Shown here in pieces: positions 21,044-30,786 of a stretch of 64,000 nucleotides of DNA. The translations under genes were made by a program, and so were the position numbers. The DNA is from an uncultured delta proteobacterium (lineage in GTDB: Bacteria > Desulfobacterota > Binatia > UBA9968). Positions within the stretch are counted from its first letter, which is position 1. Each line of letters opens with the position of its first letter. Location: positions 32,001-96,000 of the forward strand of contig CAVUZH010000014.1 in NCBI GenBank assembly GCA_963745835.1. The letters are read 5' to 3'. The notes under the pieces are model-generated. The model did no database searches, was not told the origin of the DNA, and saw only the letters and a program-made list of their open reading frames with translations.

Positions 21044-21581
21044 ATGTTCCCCCATCTGAAAGGCTTTAACTTACAGCAATGGATCGACGAAAACCGCAAC
21101 AACTGGGGACAACGCCGGGTGATCTGGAATGATTCGGATTTCATCGCCTTCGTTACCCGCGGTCCCAACCGGCGCAAAGACTTTCATATCAACCCCGGTG
21201 ATGAAATCTTCTATCAACTCGAAGGCGAACTCAATCTTCACTACTTATCCGACGGCAAGCCGGAGCTCGCGGTACTCAAGACCGGCGATCTTTTTCTTAT
21301 GCCCGCAAGAGTGCCCCACTCGCCGAGGCGGCGCGAAGGCTCTTGGACGTTTGTGATCGAGAGGAAACGCACGACCAGACGAAAAGGATCTTTTTATCTG
21401 GGTTTGCGAAGAATGCCAGAAGAGTCTCTATGAGACCGATGTGCGCTTCGATGATCCTTCAGATGCGGTGGCAAAAGCGAGCGAGGCGATGCGCAGCGAT
21501 AAAAATCTAGCGACCTGTAGAAGCTGCGGTGCGGTTCTCGAGCCTGTAATTTTAACGTTAAGTTACACTCGTAGACCTTAG
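21044..21581 (+). CDS. nbaC: 3-hydroxyanthranilate 3,4-dioxygenase-like cupin, frameshift near 21371
   Basis: GPNRRKDFH, EIFYQ, PHSPRR, VIERKR; the shifted frame continues PDEKDLFIWVCEEC...TCRSCG (rubredoxin-like site) to TAG at 21581. Confidence 0.8.
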
Positions 21582-21656
21582 TAAGAGCTGGGTATTCTAT
21601 TGATGATCTATCCGATTCCTCTACCACAGGTCTTCAATTCAGTTCCACATTCATCC

Positions 21657-23960
21657 TCATTGAACGGCCGCTTTAGATTGCAAGGCGCGCCAGATCTTAG
21701 GCGGCGTTAACGGCAAATCCTGAATTCTCACGCCCACCGCGCGCGAAACCGCATTGGCGATCGCCGACGCCACAGGAAGCAAGCCTCCCTCGCCGATGCC
21801 TTTTGATCCGAACGGCCCAGGGCCATTGCCATTCTCAAGCAGGATAGTATGCAAACCATCCGGCAGATCGCGGAAGGTCGGCACCCGATAATCCACCAGA
21901 TTACCATTCAACAATTGGCCATCTTCGTAAACCATTTCCTCCATTAGCGAGTGGCCAATGCCGAACATCACGGCGCCTTCGTCCTGGCCGATGCACTGAT
22001 CGGGATTGATCGCCTTGCCTGTGTCGCAAACGGAAACATAGTTCAGCAGGCGAACAACGCCGGTTTCAGTATCTACTTCGAGATCAACACCGCCCCAGCC
22101 TATTTCCCAAAAAGTGGCGGTGGAACCCAAAACCGCCTTTTTGCTTCGTTTGTCTTTATACAACCCTTTGGCGATGATCTCTCCGGCTTTGCTGCCGAAA
22201 AAATCAACGATGACCTTGCTATAACTGATGCTTTGGCCGTTTTGCGAATGGATTTCGCCATTCTGAATAAACAGATCTTCAGGCTTCTGCTTGAGAACTT
22301 TGCCGGCACACTGAAAAAGTTGACGCTTGGCATCCTGTGCCGCGCGCTGCACCGCCAGGCCCATCACCACCATCGAGCTACTCGCGCTGGTGGAAATGTC
22401 GTAAGGAGTAACATCGGTATCGAGTTGGGCAACCGTTATTTGATCTAGGCTGAGGCCGAGCTCCTCCGCGACAACCTGGCTCAACGCGGTGCGCGGGCCC
22501 TGTCCGATCTCGACGGTCCCAGTTAATAGAACGACACTGCCATCGGACGACATTTTGACGGTGGCGCCGGCGACCTTATAAGTACCGCCGCCGTCTTTGA
22601 TGCAGCAGCTAAGTCCTTTGGCTCGATTGGGTTTGGTGTCGCGCTCCTGCCATTTGATGGTTTCGGCGACTTTGCGCAGCCCCTCCTCGAGATCGCAATC
22701 CACCGGCGTATCGCCAGCGGTATAGAGATCGCCCTTCTTGAGCAAGTTCTTCAAGCGAAACTCGAGCGGATCGATGCCCAGCCGGTCGGCCATCATGTCC
22801 ATTTGTGATTCATACGCCCAAGTAACCTGCAACGCGCCAAATCCGCGGAAAGCGCCTGCGGGAACGGTGTTGGTGTAAACTCCATGAGCTTCGACTTTGG
22901 CGTGGGGAATCTTGTAGGGACCGAGCGAACGATAACCCGCTTTTTGTGTAACCCGCGGCCCGGCGTCGGCGTATGCGCCGGTGTCCATAAAAATCTGACA
23001 CTCGCGCGCCAACAATCGACCCTCTTTATTAACCGCCGTCTTGACCGTGACCCGAGCCGGATGACGCGTCACAGTTTTAAAACTTTCATTCACGGAGAGC
23101 GCCAGCTTTACCGGCCGCCGAGTCTTCCAGGTCAAAGCTGCGGCAATTGGCTCGGCCTTGACGTACAACTTTCCGCCGTATGCGCCGCCCACGTAAGGCA
23201 CGATGACACGAATGCGGCTAAGCGGCAGGCGGAAAATTCCCGACAGATGATCGCGAAGCGTGAAGGGATCCTGGCACGACGCCCATACGGTCAACTTTTC
23301 GCCGTCATAACTGGCGATATTGATGTGCGCTTCGAGAGAGTAATGCTGTACTTTTTGAAAGCGGAAGGTGTCTTCGAAAACGTGATCGGCCTGCGCGAAG
23401 GCTTTATCGACATCGCCCCGGCCGAAGCCTAGATAATAACAGATGTTGGTACCGTTGAATCTCGCTGGCGCTCCATAAGTCGAGCCGCGCAGTTCCGCTC
23501 GCGCGACATCGCCTTCATGCACCTGAATTGCTCCTGGTGCTGTCGCTTCCTCGATGTTGGTCACCTTCGGCAGCTCTTCGTACTCTACATCAAAAAGATC
23601 CAAAGCGGCTTCGGCAATTGCCGGGTCCTCGGCCATTACCGCAGCAACCGGATCGCCGACATATCTGACCTTGTCCACGGCAACAATCGACTGATCTTTA
23701 TAGGTTGCCCCGTATTTGTAATTGAATTCTTTAATATCGTCGCGAGTCAGGGTGGCGATGACCCCAGGCAATTCTTTGGCTTTAGACACATCCACCTTGA
23801 GCAAGCGAGCATGGGCGACCGGGCTGCGAAGTATCTTGGCGTAACCCATCCCGGAAAGCTGAATGTCTCCGGTGTAGACGGCCTTGCCCGTCACCTTTTC
23901 GATACCATCAACACGGTGCGCGTCTTTACCGGCGATGGAAAATGTTTCTGTATAGTTCAT
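21657..23960 (-). CDS. Xanthine dehydrogenase-family molybdopterin-binding large subunit
   Basis: KVTGKAVY, RSPVAHA, VGGAYGGK, AFRGFG, GTVEIGQG, catalytic SKGIGE. Confidence 0.92.
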   Translation of the reverse strand: MNYTETFSIAGKDAHRVDGIEKVTGKAVYTGDIQLSGMGYAKILRSPVAHARLLKVDVSKAKELPGVIATLTRDDIKEFNYKYGATYKDQSIVAVDKVRYVGDPVAAVMAEDPAIAEAALDLFDVEYEELPKVTNIEEATAPGAIQVHEGDVARAELRGSTYGAPARFNGTNICYYLGFGRGDVDKAFAQADHVFEDTFRFQKVQHYSLEAHINIASYDGEKLTVWASCQDPFTLRDHLSGIFRLPLSRIRVIVPYVGGAYGGKLYVKAEPIAAALTWKTRRPVKLALSVNESFKTVTRHPARVTVKTAVNKEGRLLARECQIFMDTGAYADAGPRVTQKAGYRSLGPYKIPHAKVEAHGVYTNTVPAGAFRGFGALQVTWAYESQMDMMADRLGIDPLEFRLKNLLKKGDLYTAGDTPVDCDLEEGLRKVAETIKWQERDTKPNRAKGLSCCIKDGGGTYKVAGATVKMSSDGSVVLLTGTVEIGQGPRTALSQVVAEELGLSLDQITVAQLDTDVTPYDISTSASSSMVVMGLAVQRAAQDAKRQLFQCAGKVLKQKPEDLFIQNGEIHSQNGQSISYSKVIVDFFGSKAGEIIAKGLYKDKRSKKAVLGSTATFWEIGWGGVDLEVDTETGVVRLLNYVSVCDTGKAINPDQCIGQDEGAVMFGIGHSLMEEMVYEDGQLLNGNLVDYRVPTFRDLPDGLHTILLENGNGPGPFGSKGIGEGGLLPVASAIANAVSRAVGVRIQDLPLTPPKIWRALQSKAAVQ

Positions 23961-24012
23961 GATCGAGAACTAAAATATCAGGCCAGGTGTTGATTACACC
24001 GCGGCCTCACCA

Positions 24013-24159
24013 TTACTTGCGGATTTTTGGACTATCTTTTTCCGGAAAATAAAGATCGCAGTACGGACAATGAAAGTTCATACCGGATCCCAACATGTGC
24101 GGATTGACAACAAAGGTCTTCTTACACGTCGGACACGTCACTTCAACCGCCTGGCCCAT
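24013..24159 (-). CDS. 48-aa zinc-ribbon protein (CxxC-x18-CxxC), absent from the ORF track
   Basis: Manual translation MGQAVEVTCPTCKKTFVVNPHMLGSGMNFHCPYCDLYFPEKDSPKIRK*; SD GAGGAGG 4 nt upstream; fills the gap between the UbiD and Mo-subunit genes. Confidence 0.85.
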   Translation of the reverse strand: MGQAVEVTCPTCKKTFVVNPHMLGSGMNFHCPYCDLYFPEKDSPKIRK

Positions 24160-24208
24160 GATTCCTCCTCAATAAGCTGGATAAATAATTACTTCTAGTT
24201 TGCTGCGA

Positions 24209-25654
24209 TTACGCCCAGTAAGTCGTCCGATCCATCGGAATATGCTGCAAGACTTCTCCGGGCACGTATTCCTCCAGCTTGATGCGGGCCATGGCTTCGT
24301 CAGGACATTTGGACACCGGTGAGAACGGCCGATCCAGGGGCTTGGTCGCATCGACGATCATGCCCGAGGTTTTGATCTCATCCAACAATGAAGGATCCAA
24401 GAAATTGCCGCGGAACAACGGCTGCAGGATACTGATCTGCTTGTGTGGCTGTACCCGGGTGGCGATAGCCCAAAGAATGTCGGTAGGGTTAAAAACATCG
24501 ATATCATCGTCGAACACGAACACGTTCTTGGTGTGGTCGAAAGTCAATGCGGCGGCGGCGGCGCGTCCCGGATCGCCTTCGGACATCTTCTTCATGGAAA
24601 TAAACACATTGTAGTGCGCGTGTCGGCCCTGCTTACAGACTGCCGTCACACCGGGAACGGCTTCGCGGCAACGGCGCAGATAGGCACCTTCCCGCGGCAA
24701 ATCCATCCACGGCTTGTCGCCTTCCGGTGTAATGACCGACTGGTACATCGCGCCATTGCGGTAGTTGATGGCGCGTACTTCATAGTCAACGCAGGTAGTA
24801 TAACGCTGCGGACCCAGATAACCCGGGGCTTCGCCGAAGGGTCCTTCGACAACCCGCTTGCCGGGCTTCAACACGCCTTCGATAACGATTTCGGCATCGG
24901 CCGGAATGAGCAAATCTTCGCCGAAAGTCTCCGAAGCAACCAACCGCAAGGGTTCGCCGAGATAGCCGCCGATAACATCATACTCGCTCACTTCGAACGG
25001 ACCGCTGTAGCATGCGCCCATGTGATACGCCGGATGATGGCCGAGGACCGTCGCGACCGGCATCTCCATGTTGTTCTCCTCGTAGTCCTTGTAGATTTTC
25101 CATAAGTGGCGCGGCGACGCATACAGAGCCGTGGAGTTCTTCGATTTGACCTCCATGCGGTGATACGAACAATTGTAAATTCCCGATTTCCGGTCTTTGG
25201 TGATCGTCGACAGAACAATGTAAGGCCCGCCGTCCATCTCGTGGTGTCTCATGATCGGTATCTGGTAAAGATCAACGTTCTTCCCAACCATGACATTTTC
25301 CTTAACAGGAGCATTTTTTCTGTCGACAATGCTAGGAGGAATTCGATGCTCTTCCATCTCGAGACATTTTTCAGCCATTTTCGGGCGGCTGGCATCCTTA
25401 GGCATGCCCAAGGCGATCTGCGTTTTCCCCTGGGAAATTTCGCAGTTCATCGTAAGCTTCATCGGACCGACTTTGCCGTTGAGATTTAGCGGATTATCGA
25501 AAATAATGATCGGAAATTTCTTTTGCGCGCCGAGATGCTTGATGATCGCAGTGACATCATAGTTTGCTGGATTTACTTCTTTTTTGATGTGAATCACTTC
25601 ACCGGGTAACTCACGCTGGCAATCCTCGATAAACGTCCTAAGATCCTTTGCCAT
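24209..25654 (-). CDS. UbiD-family (prFMN-dependent) decarboxylase
   Basis: DLRTFI start, DGGPYI, YNCSYHRM, AEIVIEG, EGPFGEAPGY, FDDDIDVFN, WAIATR, IVDATKP. Confidence 0.93.
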   Translation of the reverse strand: MAKDLRTFIEDCQRELPGEVIHIKKEVNPANYDVTAIIKHLGAQKKFPIIIFDNPLNLNGKVGPMKLTMNCEISQGKTQIALGMPKDASRPKMAEKCLEMEEHRIPPSIVDRKNAPVKENVMVGKNVDLYQIPIMRHHEMDGGPYIVLSTITKDRKSGIYNCSYHRMEVKSKNSTALYASPRHLWKIYKDYEENNMEMPVATVLGHHPAYHMGACYSGPFEVSEYDVIGGYLGEPLRLVASETFGEDLLIPADAEIVIEGVLKPGKRVVEGPFGEAPGYLGPQRYTTCVDYEVRAINYRNGAMYQSVITPEGDKPWMDLPREGAYLRRCREAVPGVTAVCKQGRHAHYNVFISMKKMSEGDPGRAAAAALTFDHTKNVFVFDDDIDVFNPTDILWAIATRVQPHKQISILQPLFRGNFLDPSLLDEIKTSGMIVDATKPLDRPFSPVSKCPDEAMARIKLEEYVPGEVLQHIPMDRTTYWA

Positions 25655-25900
25655 CGACTCCTCCTACACGAATGTATGAAATATTTATGCAAAATCATTA
25701 TCCAATGCCCTCTTCATTGTCAATTCAGGCGCTTTCGAGCGAGTGTTTCCGCGAGCTCACGAACAGTGCCCGTCAAGCGTTAGGACCGCCGAGCCATCAG
25801 ACCGGGCGATTCGATATGTCAGCAGTTGAACAGACGTCTAACAGACGAGTGGATGAGCCAGGATAATTGATCTCCAAAAGCCTCGGTGACAAAACCGAAT

Positions 25901-27034
25901 CTAGTTACGAGCCTGAGCCTTTTGTCTCCGTGCGCCATTGCCATTGATGCCAAATAAGCGCATCGCATTGCCACCGAGAACCCGTTCCTTGTCCTGATCC
26001 GATAACTCTTTCATTCCCTTGATCACTTCAACCGTTTTCGGCCAAGTGGCGACGGCATCGCCATGATCAAAATCGCTGCCGATGATAATGTTGTGATTTG
26101 GCCAACCCTTAATCGTCTCGGCTAAGTAGGATTCCCAGGATACCGCAGCGATGTAGAATTGATTGAAGTACTCGCTCGGCGGTTTCTTGATCGCTTGTTT
26201 TCCCTCGAAGAACTGTTGCACGGCGACCGAGACGCCCGCCTCGTTTGGAGTATGGGCGTTTAGCGTGTGCATCAACCACGGCACCCAGCCGATGCCGCCT
26301 TCAAAAAAAGCAAACTTCAACGTCGGAAAGCGATCCAGTACTCCGCCAAATATCAATCGCGAAGCGCTGACCATATAGGTCAATGAAAATCCTAGCGCAG
26401 TGGGGAAGTGTTGATAACCTTCGAACCGTTCGCTGCCGACAAGCCAGGGATGGCTATGCTGCAACTCGAATACCCGGGCGGCCGGATGAAGTAGGATCGG
26501 TATATCGAGAGCCGCGATCTCTTCGTAAAGCGGCCATAAGACCTCATTGTCGAGATCACTGTCGCCCCAACCGCCGTTGAGCTTTACCGCCTTAAGCCCG
26601 AGATCTTTCACCGCGCGGCGCAGCTCCTTTACCGACTCCTTGATGTCCGGCAAATAAATCCAGGCAACGCCGATGAACCGGTCATCGCCTTGAATATCTT
26701 CGGCAACAGTATCGTTATAGGCCCGCGCCAACTGCCGACCGAGCTCGGCATCGCACTCGTAAATCAACGGCCGATTGTCGGGAATCAAAACCTGGATATC
26801 AAAACCGTCCTTTTTCATGAACTCAGCGCGCAGCGGGATGCTCCAGCGCCCTTCTTTGAACGAATGTATCTTTTTACCGTCGCGATAATAAGTTGCGACT
26901 TTGCCCGGCACTGCATCGCCGTAACGAAGATAGTCGCCGGTATCATCGGTAATTTCGACATGCCCTTTTCCCGGGTGAGAAACTTTATCGATAAATCGCA
27001 ATGGCCAGTAATGAGTATCGCCGTCGATATACAT
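25901..27034 (-). CDS. Amidohydrolase-2 family protein
   Basis: IDGDTH, ARAYND, ILLHP, GGVLDRFPTLKFAFFEGGIGW, GSDFDH, GGNAMRLF. Confidence 0.9.
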   Translation of the reverse strand: MYIDGDTHYWPLRFIDKVSHPGKGHVEITDDTGDYLRYGDAVPGKVATYYRDGKKIHSFKEGRWSIPLRAEFMKKDGFDIQVLIPDNRPLIYECDAELGRQLARAYNDTVAEDIQGDDRFIGVAWIYLPDIKESVKELRRAVKDLGLKAVKLNGGWGDSDLDNEVLWPLYEEIAALDIPILLHPAARVFELQHSHPWLVGSERFEGYQHFPTALGFSLTYMVSASRLIFGGVLDRFPTLKFAFFEGGIGWVPWLMHTLNAHTPNEAGVSVAVQQFFEGKQAIKKPPSEYFNQFYIAAVSWESYLAETIKGWPNHNIIIGSDFDHGDAVATWPKTVEVIKGMKELSDQDKERVLGGNAMRLFGINGNGARRQKAQARN

Positions 27035-27065
27035 GGATTAGTACTCCTGTGTGATCTGCAGTTGT

Positions 27066-27188
27066 GAGCAGGTCAAAACATTCAGCTGCGAGGCGCGCGC
27101 TGCTTCGCCGAATGGAGGCTACGGAATCGAGTACGTTGGAGTGAGACGAACAAGCGCAACGAAGCAGACGCGAAGTTTTCATCTGTTC
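27066..27188 (+). repeat. Copy B of the MITE/REP-like element
   Basis: CAGCTGCGAGGCGCGCG and AGTACGTTGGAGTGAG...AGCGCAACGAAGCAG align with the copy at 62938; imperfect inverted ends GAGCAGGTCAAAAC / GTTTTCATCTGTTC. Confidence 0.7.
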
Positions 27189-27190
27189 GA

Positions 27191-28204
27191 TCATTTCACT
27201 CCGTATTTGGCCAGCACTTCGTCGATGAAGCCGCTCTGATCGAGTTTTTTTAAAATCCGGTCATCGATCAGTTGTTCCGGTTTAACTTTTTCAACCTTTG
27301 GATTACTTCGTTTCATCAATCGAACGACATTGGTGACACCCGCCGGTGCAGCATAGGGTTTCTTGTCCGTCCCCGAAACCAGATCTCGATAGCCTTCTTC
27401 GGCGTCCTTTTCAGTGATTCGAAGATACTTTTGTAAAATCTTTAGTGTGCTGGGCTTCTGCGATATCGATAGAGAAAACGCAGCCCCTTCGATAACCGCC
27501 TTCATCAGATTTTCCGCCAACTGTGGGTTTTTCTGCAAATTGGGTTCTCGCATGACGAAGCCGGAGCTTAGAATCGGCAGATTCGCTTTGTTTAAATCGG
27601 CGAGCGTCGGAAAACCCAGAGCGTTTAGGCGACGGCTTTGCACACCGTCCAATACCGTCGCGTCGATAGTGCCTGTTTCCAGCGCTTGCGCCAGCACATT
27701 CTGATCGCCGACAGCGATAATATTGATCTTGTCACGCTCAGCGTCCAATTTTAAGTGCTCCAAGGCCAGAATGGCTCCCATCCAAACGGTGCCGCCGATA
27801 CTTTGAATGCCGAATATCTTACCGCGTAAATCCTCCGGTCGTTTGATCCCGGGCTTCACCATCAAATCGTAAGTGATGCGATTGGTGAACGCTGAAAGAA
27901 CCTTCAGATCGGCGCCGTTGGCGACCGCCCCCACCACAGCCGTGCCTCCGGTGTAGCCGACGTCAATCTCGTTCGACTGCATGGCTGCCACCAGAGTCGG
28001 TGCGCCGCGTACGAAAATGGTATCCGCTTCGACGCCGTACTTGGCAAAAAAGCCGCGCTCGCGGGCAACCCAGAGGGGCGCGACTCGCGCGTTCATCGCC
28101 GCATGAGCGATAACCACCTGCTTGCCTGCCGCTGCGGCATAAAATTGGCTTGGAGCACTCAGGAAACCAAAGATCACGACAACAGCGATTCGCCACCTAG
28201 TCAT
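27191..28204 (-). CDS. ABC-type substrate-binding protein, NMT1/SsuA-like
   Basis: Signal peptide, WVARERGFFAKYG, DLRGKIFGI, IDDRILKKLDQSGFID. Confidence 0.88.
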   Translation of the reverse strand: MTRWRIAVVVIFGFLSAPSQFYAAAAGKQVVIAHAAMNARVAPLWVARERGFFAKYGVEADTIFVRGAPTLVAAMQSNEIDVGYTGGTAVVGAVANGADLKVLSAFTNRITYDLMVKPGIKRPEDLRGKIFGIQSIGGTVWMGAILALEHLKLDAERDKINIIAVGDQNVLAQALETGTIDATVLDGVQSRRLNALGFPTLADLNKANLPILSSGFVMREPNLQKNPQLAENLMKAVIEGAAFSLSISQKPSTLKILQKYLRITEKDAEEGYRDLVSGTDKKPYAAPAGVTNVVRLMKRSNPKVEKVKPEQLIDDRILKKLDQSGFIDEVLAKYGVK

Positions 28205-28298
28205 GCAGTCTCCTTTCTTTACGGATACGCTTCACCGCTTTAGCTTCTGCGCCTCACCCCGCCGGTGAGTCGCGACGATTATCTGATAAGACGGCTCG

Positions 28299-29390
28299 TC
28301 AAAGGCCGAGCCTCAATAAATTGATGGCGTTTTCCCCCAAGACCTTGCGCTTGTTATCTTGGGAAATCTTAGTGCTCTTAGCCACCGGACCGGTCACCTG
28401 CCCCGGCTGTGACGAATCCCAATGAGGAGAATCGGTTGCCAACACAAGCCGATCGCCGCCGAGATATTCAACCGCCCATTCAAACAACCCGTCTTCGAAT
28501 GGCTCGCAACCGACATAGACACTCTCATTAAAAATATCACTGGGCTTGCGCTTCTGCCAAGGAACCAAGTGCGGCAGCTTCTCCCAATGCTCATCCATCC
28601 GCGATAACCACCACGGCATCTGCGACGCGCCGGTTTCGAGGCAAATGATTTTCAGATCCGGGTGTTTTTCCATCACGCCGCCGCAGAGGTAGATCATTAA
28701 ACAGACCATGCTTTCAATGGTGCGACCGACCATGTGTGAGAAGAAAAAATTGTCAGCGAAGCGCTCGTGGCCCATGGAACCGGTCTTGGTATCATGGAAA
28801 ATAATCGGCGTGTTGGTTTTTTCCAGCTCGTCGAAGATCGGATCGAAGTGTGGATTCCACCACTCCTTGCCGGGAATCGGAGTGGCTTTTACATTGAGCG
28901 CTTTGCTGCCCATTTCGCGCGACCGGTGCAGTTCCTTGATTGCCTCCTTAGGATCCTGAAGAGGAATCACGCCAGCCCACATCAGCCGCCCCGGTTGCTG
29001 CGAAGCATAGTAGTTCATGTAATTATTCTGCGCCCGGGCATAAGCGGCCGCCAACTCCGGATCATCGACAAACCACAAAATATCGAGGGCCGGCGAATTG
29101 GGCGAAAGTACGGCGACATCGATGCCGTCAAGATCCATGTTGCGAACCCGCCCGTGCGCCGTCAGATCATTCGGGGTGACCCACTCTTTTTTCTCGGCCT
29201 TCTGACGCCCGAGCTCGGAGCCGATCATGATCTGATTGCCGACGAGAGTCTTGCGCCTTTCGTTGTCTTTGGTCGGCAGTTTACGCGGCAAGAATTCTTT
29301 GTATTTTCCTTCGATTGTTTGATCCCAACTCTCCAAGTCACCCACCAGGTGGCTGTCGAGATCGATCACTTTCATTCCATCGATCGCCAT
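28299..29390 (-). CDS. Amidohydrolase-2 family protein
   Basis: IDLDSH, MDLDGIDVAVL, IIFHD, LETGASQMPWWLSRMDEHW, ATDSPHWD, GENA. Confidence 0.9.
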   Translation of the reverse strand: MAIDGMKVIDLDSHLVGDLESWDQTIEGKYKEFLPRKLPTKDNERRKTLVGNQIMIGSELGRQKAEKKEWVTPNDLTAHGRVRNMDLDGIDVAVLSPNSPALDILWFVDDPELAAAYARAQNNYMNYYASQQPGRLMWAGVIPLQDPKEAIKELHRSREMGSKALNVKATPIPGKEWWNPHFDPIFDELEKTNTPIIFHDTKTGSMGHERFADNFFFSHMVGRTIESMVCLMIYLCGGVMEKHPDLKIICLETGASQMPWWLSRMDEHWEKLPHLVPWQKRKPSDIFNESVYVGCEPFEDGLFEWAVEYLGGDRLVLATDSPHWDSSQPGQVTGPVAKSTKISQDNKRKVLGENAINLLRLGL

Positions 29391-29433
29391 AATTGTTCCT
29401 CCTTTTGCGAACCTAAGCCGAATTAATTATTTG

Positions 29434-30462
29434 TCAGCGAGCCGTTTCCCCCGGGGACGACTGCTCCATCAAGCCGGTTTTCTCGAGCTCGCGTAAAAGA
29501 CTTTCGTCGATCAAACGCTCGAGATTGACATCTGCGATCTTGGGATTGCGTAACTTCATGAAGCGCTGAATATTTTTCACGCCTTCGATGGAGATAGAGG
29601 CTTTGCGATCGGTGCGCCGCAGGTAATCTTCATAACCGTCGTTAGCCGCAACCGGATCGGTGATGCCCAGCTTTTTCGAGGTGATTTCGATAACCGCAGC
29701 CTTGTTCGCGGGATTGTGAACAAAAGCATGGCTCTCGATCATCGCTTTTAGAGTGTTACGCGCAATCGACTGCTGCTTCGCCAGATAGTCCGATCTGACC
29801 ACGATGCTGGTGCCGACCAGCGGAATTTTTTCCAGGTCGCCCATGAAATGATAGCCGGCGCGTTTCAAACGTTGGCCGAAAACGCCGGCCAGGGACGCGC
29901 CCTGAATCGTGCCCGTCTCAAGCGCCTGGGTGATCACCCGCTGATCACCGAAAGCGGCAAGCAAGATTTTATCGCGGTCAGGATTCAAACCGATCTGTTC
30001 GAGGCCGAGCATCGCCGACATCCAGCCGGTGCCGCCGATGCTGGTGACGCCGATCCGCTTGCCCCGTAAATCGGCGGGCGTTTTGATCTCCGGCCGCACT
30101 ACGAGATCGGTTTGAACGTGGTTGGCAAAGGCGGCGATCATTTTGATATCGAGGCCGCCCACCGCGGCGCCCAAGGTCGCTGTTCCGCCGGTATAGCCAA
30201 AGTGCACGTCGCCGGTATTGAGCGAGGCAATCAAGGTCGGCGATCCAGGGATAAAAATCGCCTGCACATCGAGACCGTTTTTCGCAAAGAACCCCCGCTC
30301 CTGCGCCACCCAAAGCGTCGTTGCCACGGTACTCATCGATGCATAGCCGACGACAACTTTGGGGCGGGTTTGGCTGAAGCCGGCATCAGGTTGGATCGCA
30401 AAAACACAAACAATCGAAACAACTCGAGTGAAAAAACGCCACATGCGGATGACCACCTCCAA
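29434..30462 (-). CDS. ABC-type substrate-binding protein, NMT1/SsuA-like
   Basis: Signal peptide, WVAQERGFFAKNGLD, DLRGKRIGV; paralog of 27191-28204. Confidence 0.88.
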   Translation of the reverse strand: MEVVIRMWRFFTRVVSIVCVFAIQPDAGFSQTRPKVVVGYASMSTVATTLWVAQERGFFAKNGLDVQAIFIPGSPTLIASLNTGDVHFGYTGGTATLGAAVGGLDIKMIAAFANHVQTDLVVRPEIKTPADLRGKRIGVTSIGGTGWMSAMLGLEQIGLNPDRDKILLAAFGDQRVITQALETGTIQGASLAGVFGQRLKRAGYHFMGDLEKIPLVGTSIVVRSDYLAKQQSIARNTLKAMIESHAFVHNPANKAAVIEITSKKLGITDPVAANDGYEDYLRRTDRKASISIEGVKNIQRFMKLRNPKIADVNLERLIDESLLRELEKTGLMEQSSPGETAR

Positions 30463-30786
30463 ATTCAGGTTTCGAATAGAAATACGCCAGCAAAGCGGTG
30501 AAAAATCTCAGCCGCGGAATCTGTTGCCGGAATAACAGAGGGTTGGGTGATTAGTCAATCGAAGGTTTGGTAAAACGGAATAAAGAAACTGGCAACGAGT
30601 TGGATATCGCTAAACGCTGGATTCGATAACGCCGCAGCTCATCGCGCATGTTCATCAGCGGCCAACCGGCAGGCAGTTTCTTTTATCGATCCTGTATGCT
30701 GTAGCGCTACCTTACAAAGCCGAAATTGATATTTACCTCAACCGCGGAAGATGCTCTGCGGGCAACGCTCCGCCACGCCGGCAAGA

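Noticed and set aside
21657-23960. Aerobic CO dehydrogenase (coxL) call for either Mo subunit
   Set aside because: Loops read AFRGFG and SMRSIG, not AYxCSFR (form I) or AYRGAGR (form II); no coxM/coxS adjacent.
25695-25723. Sigma-70 promoter upstream of UbiD
   Set aside because: Perfect TTGACA but the best -10 (GATAAT) is at 15-bp spacing; too weak to list.
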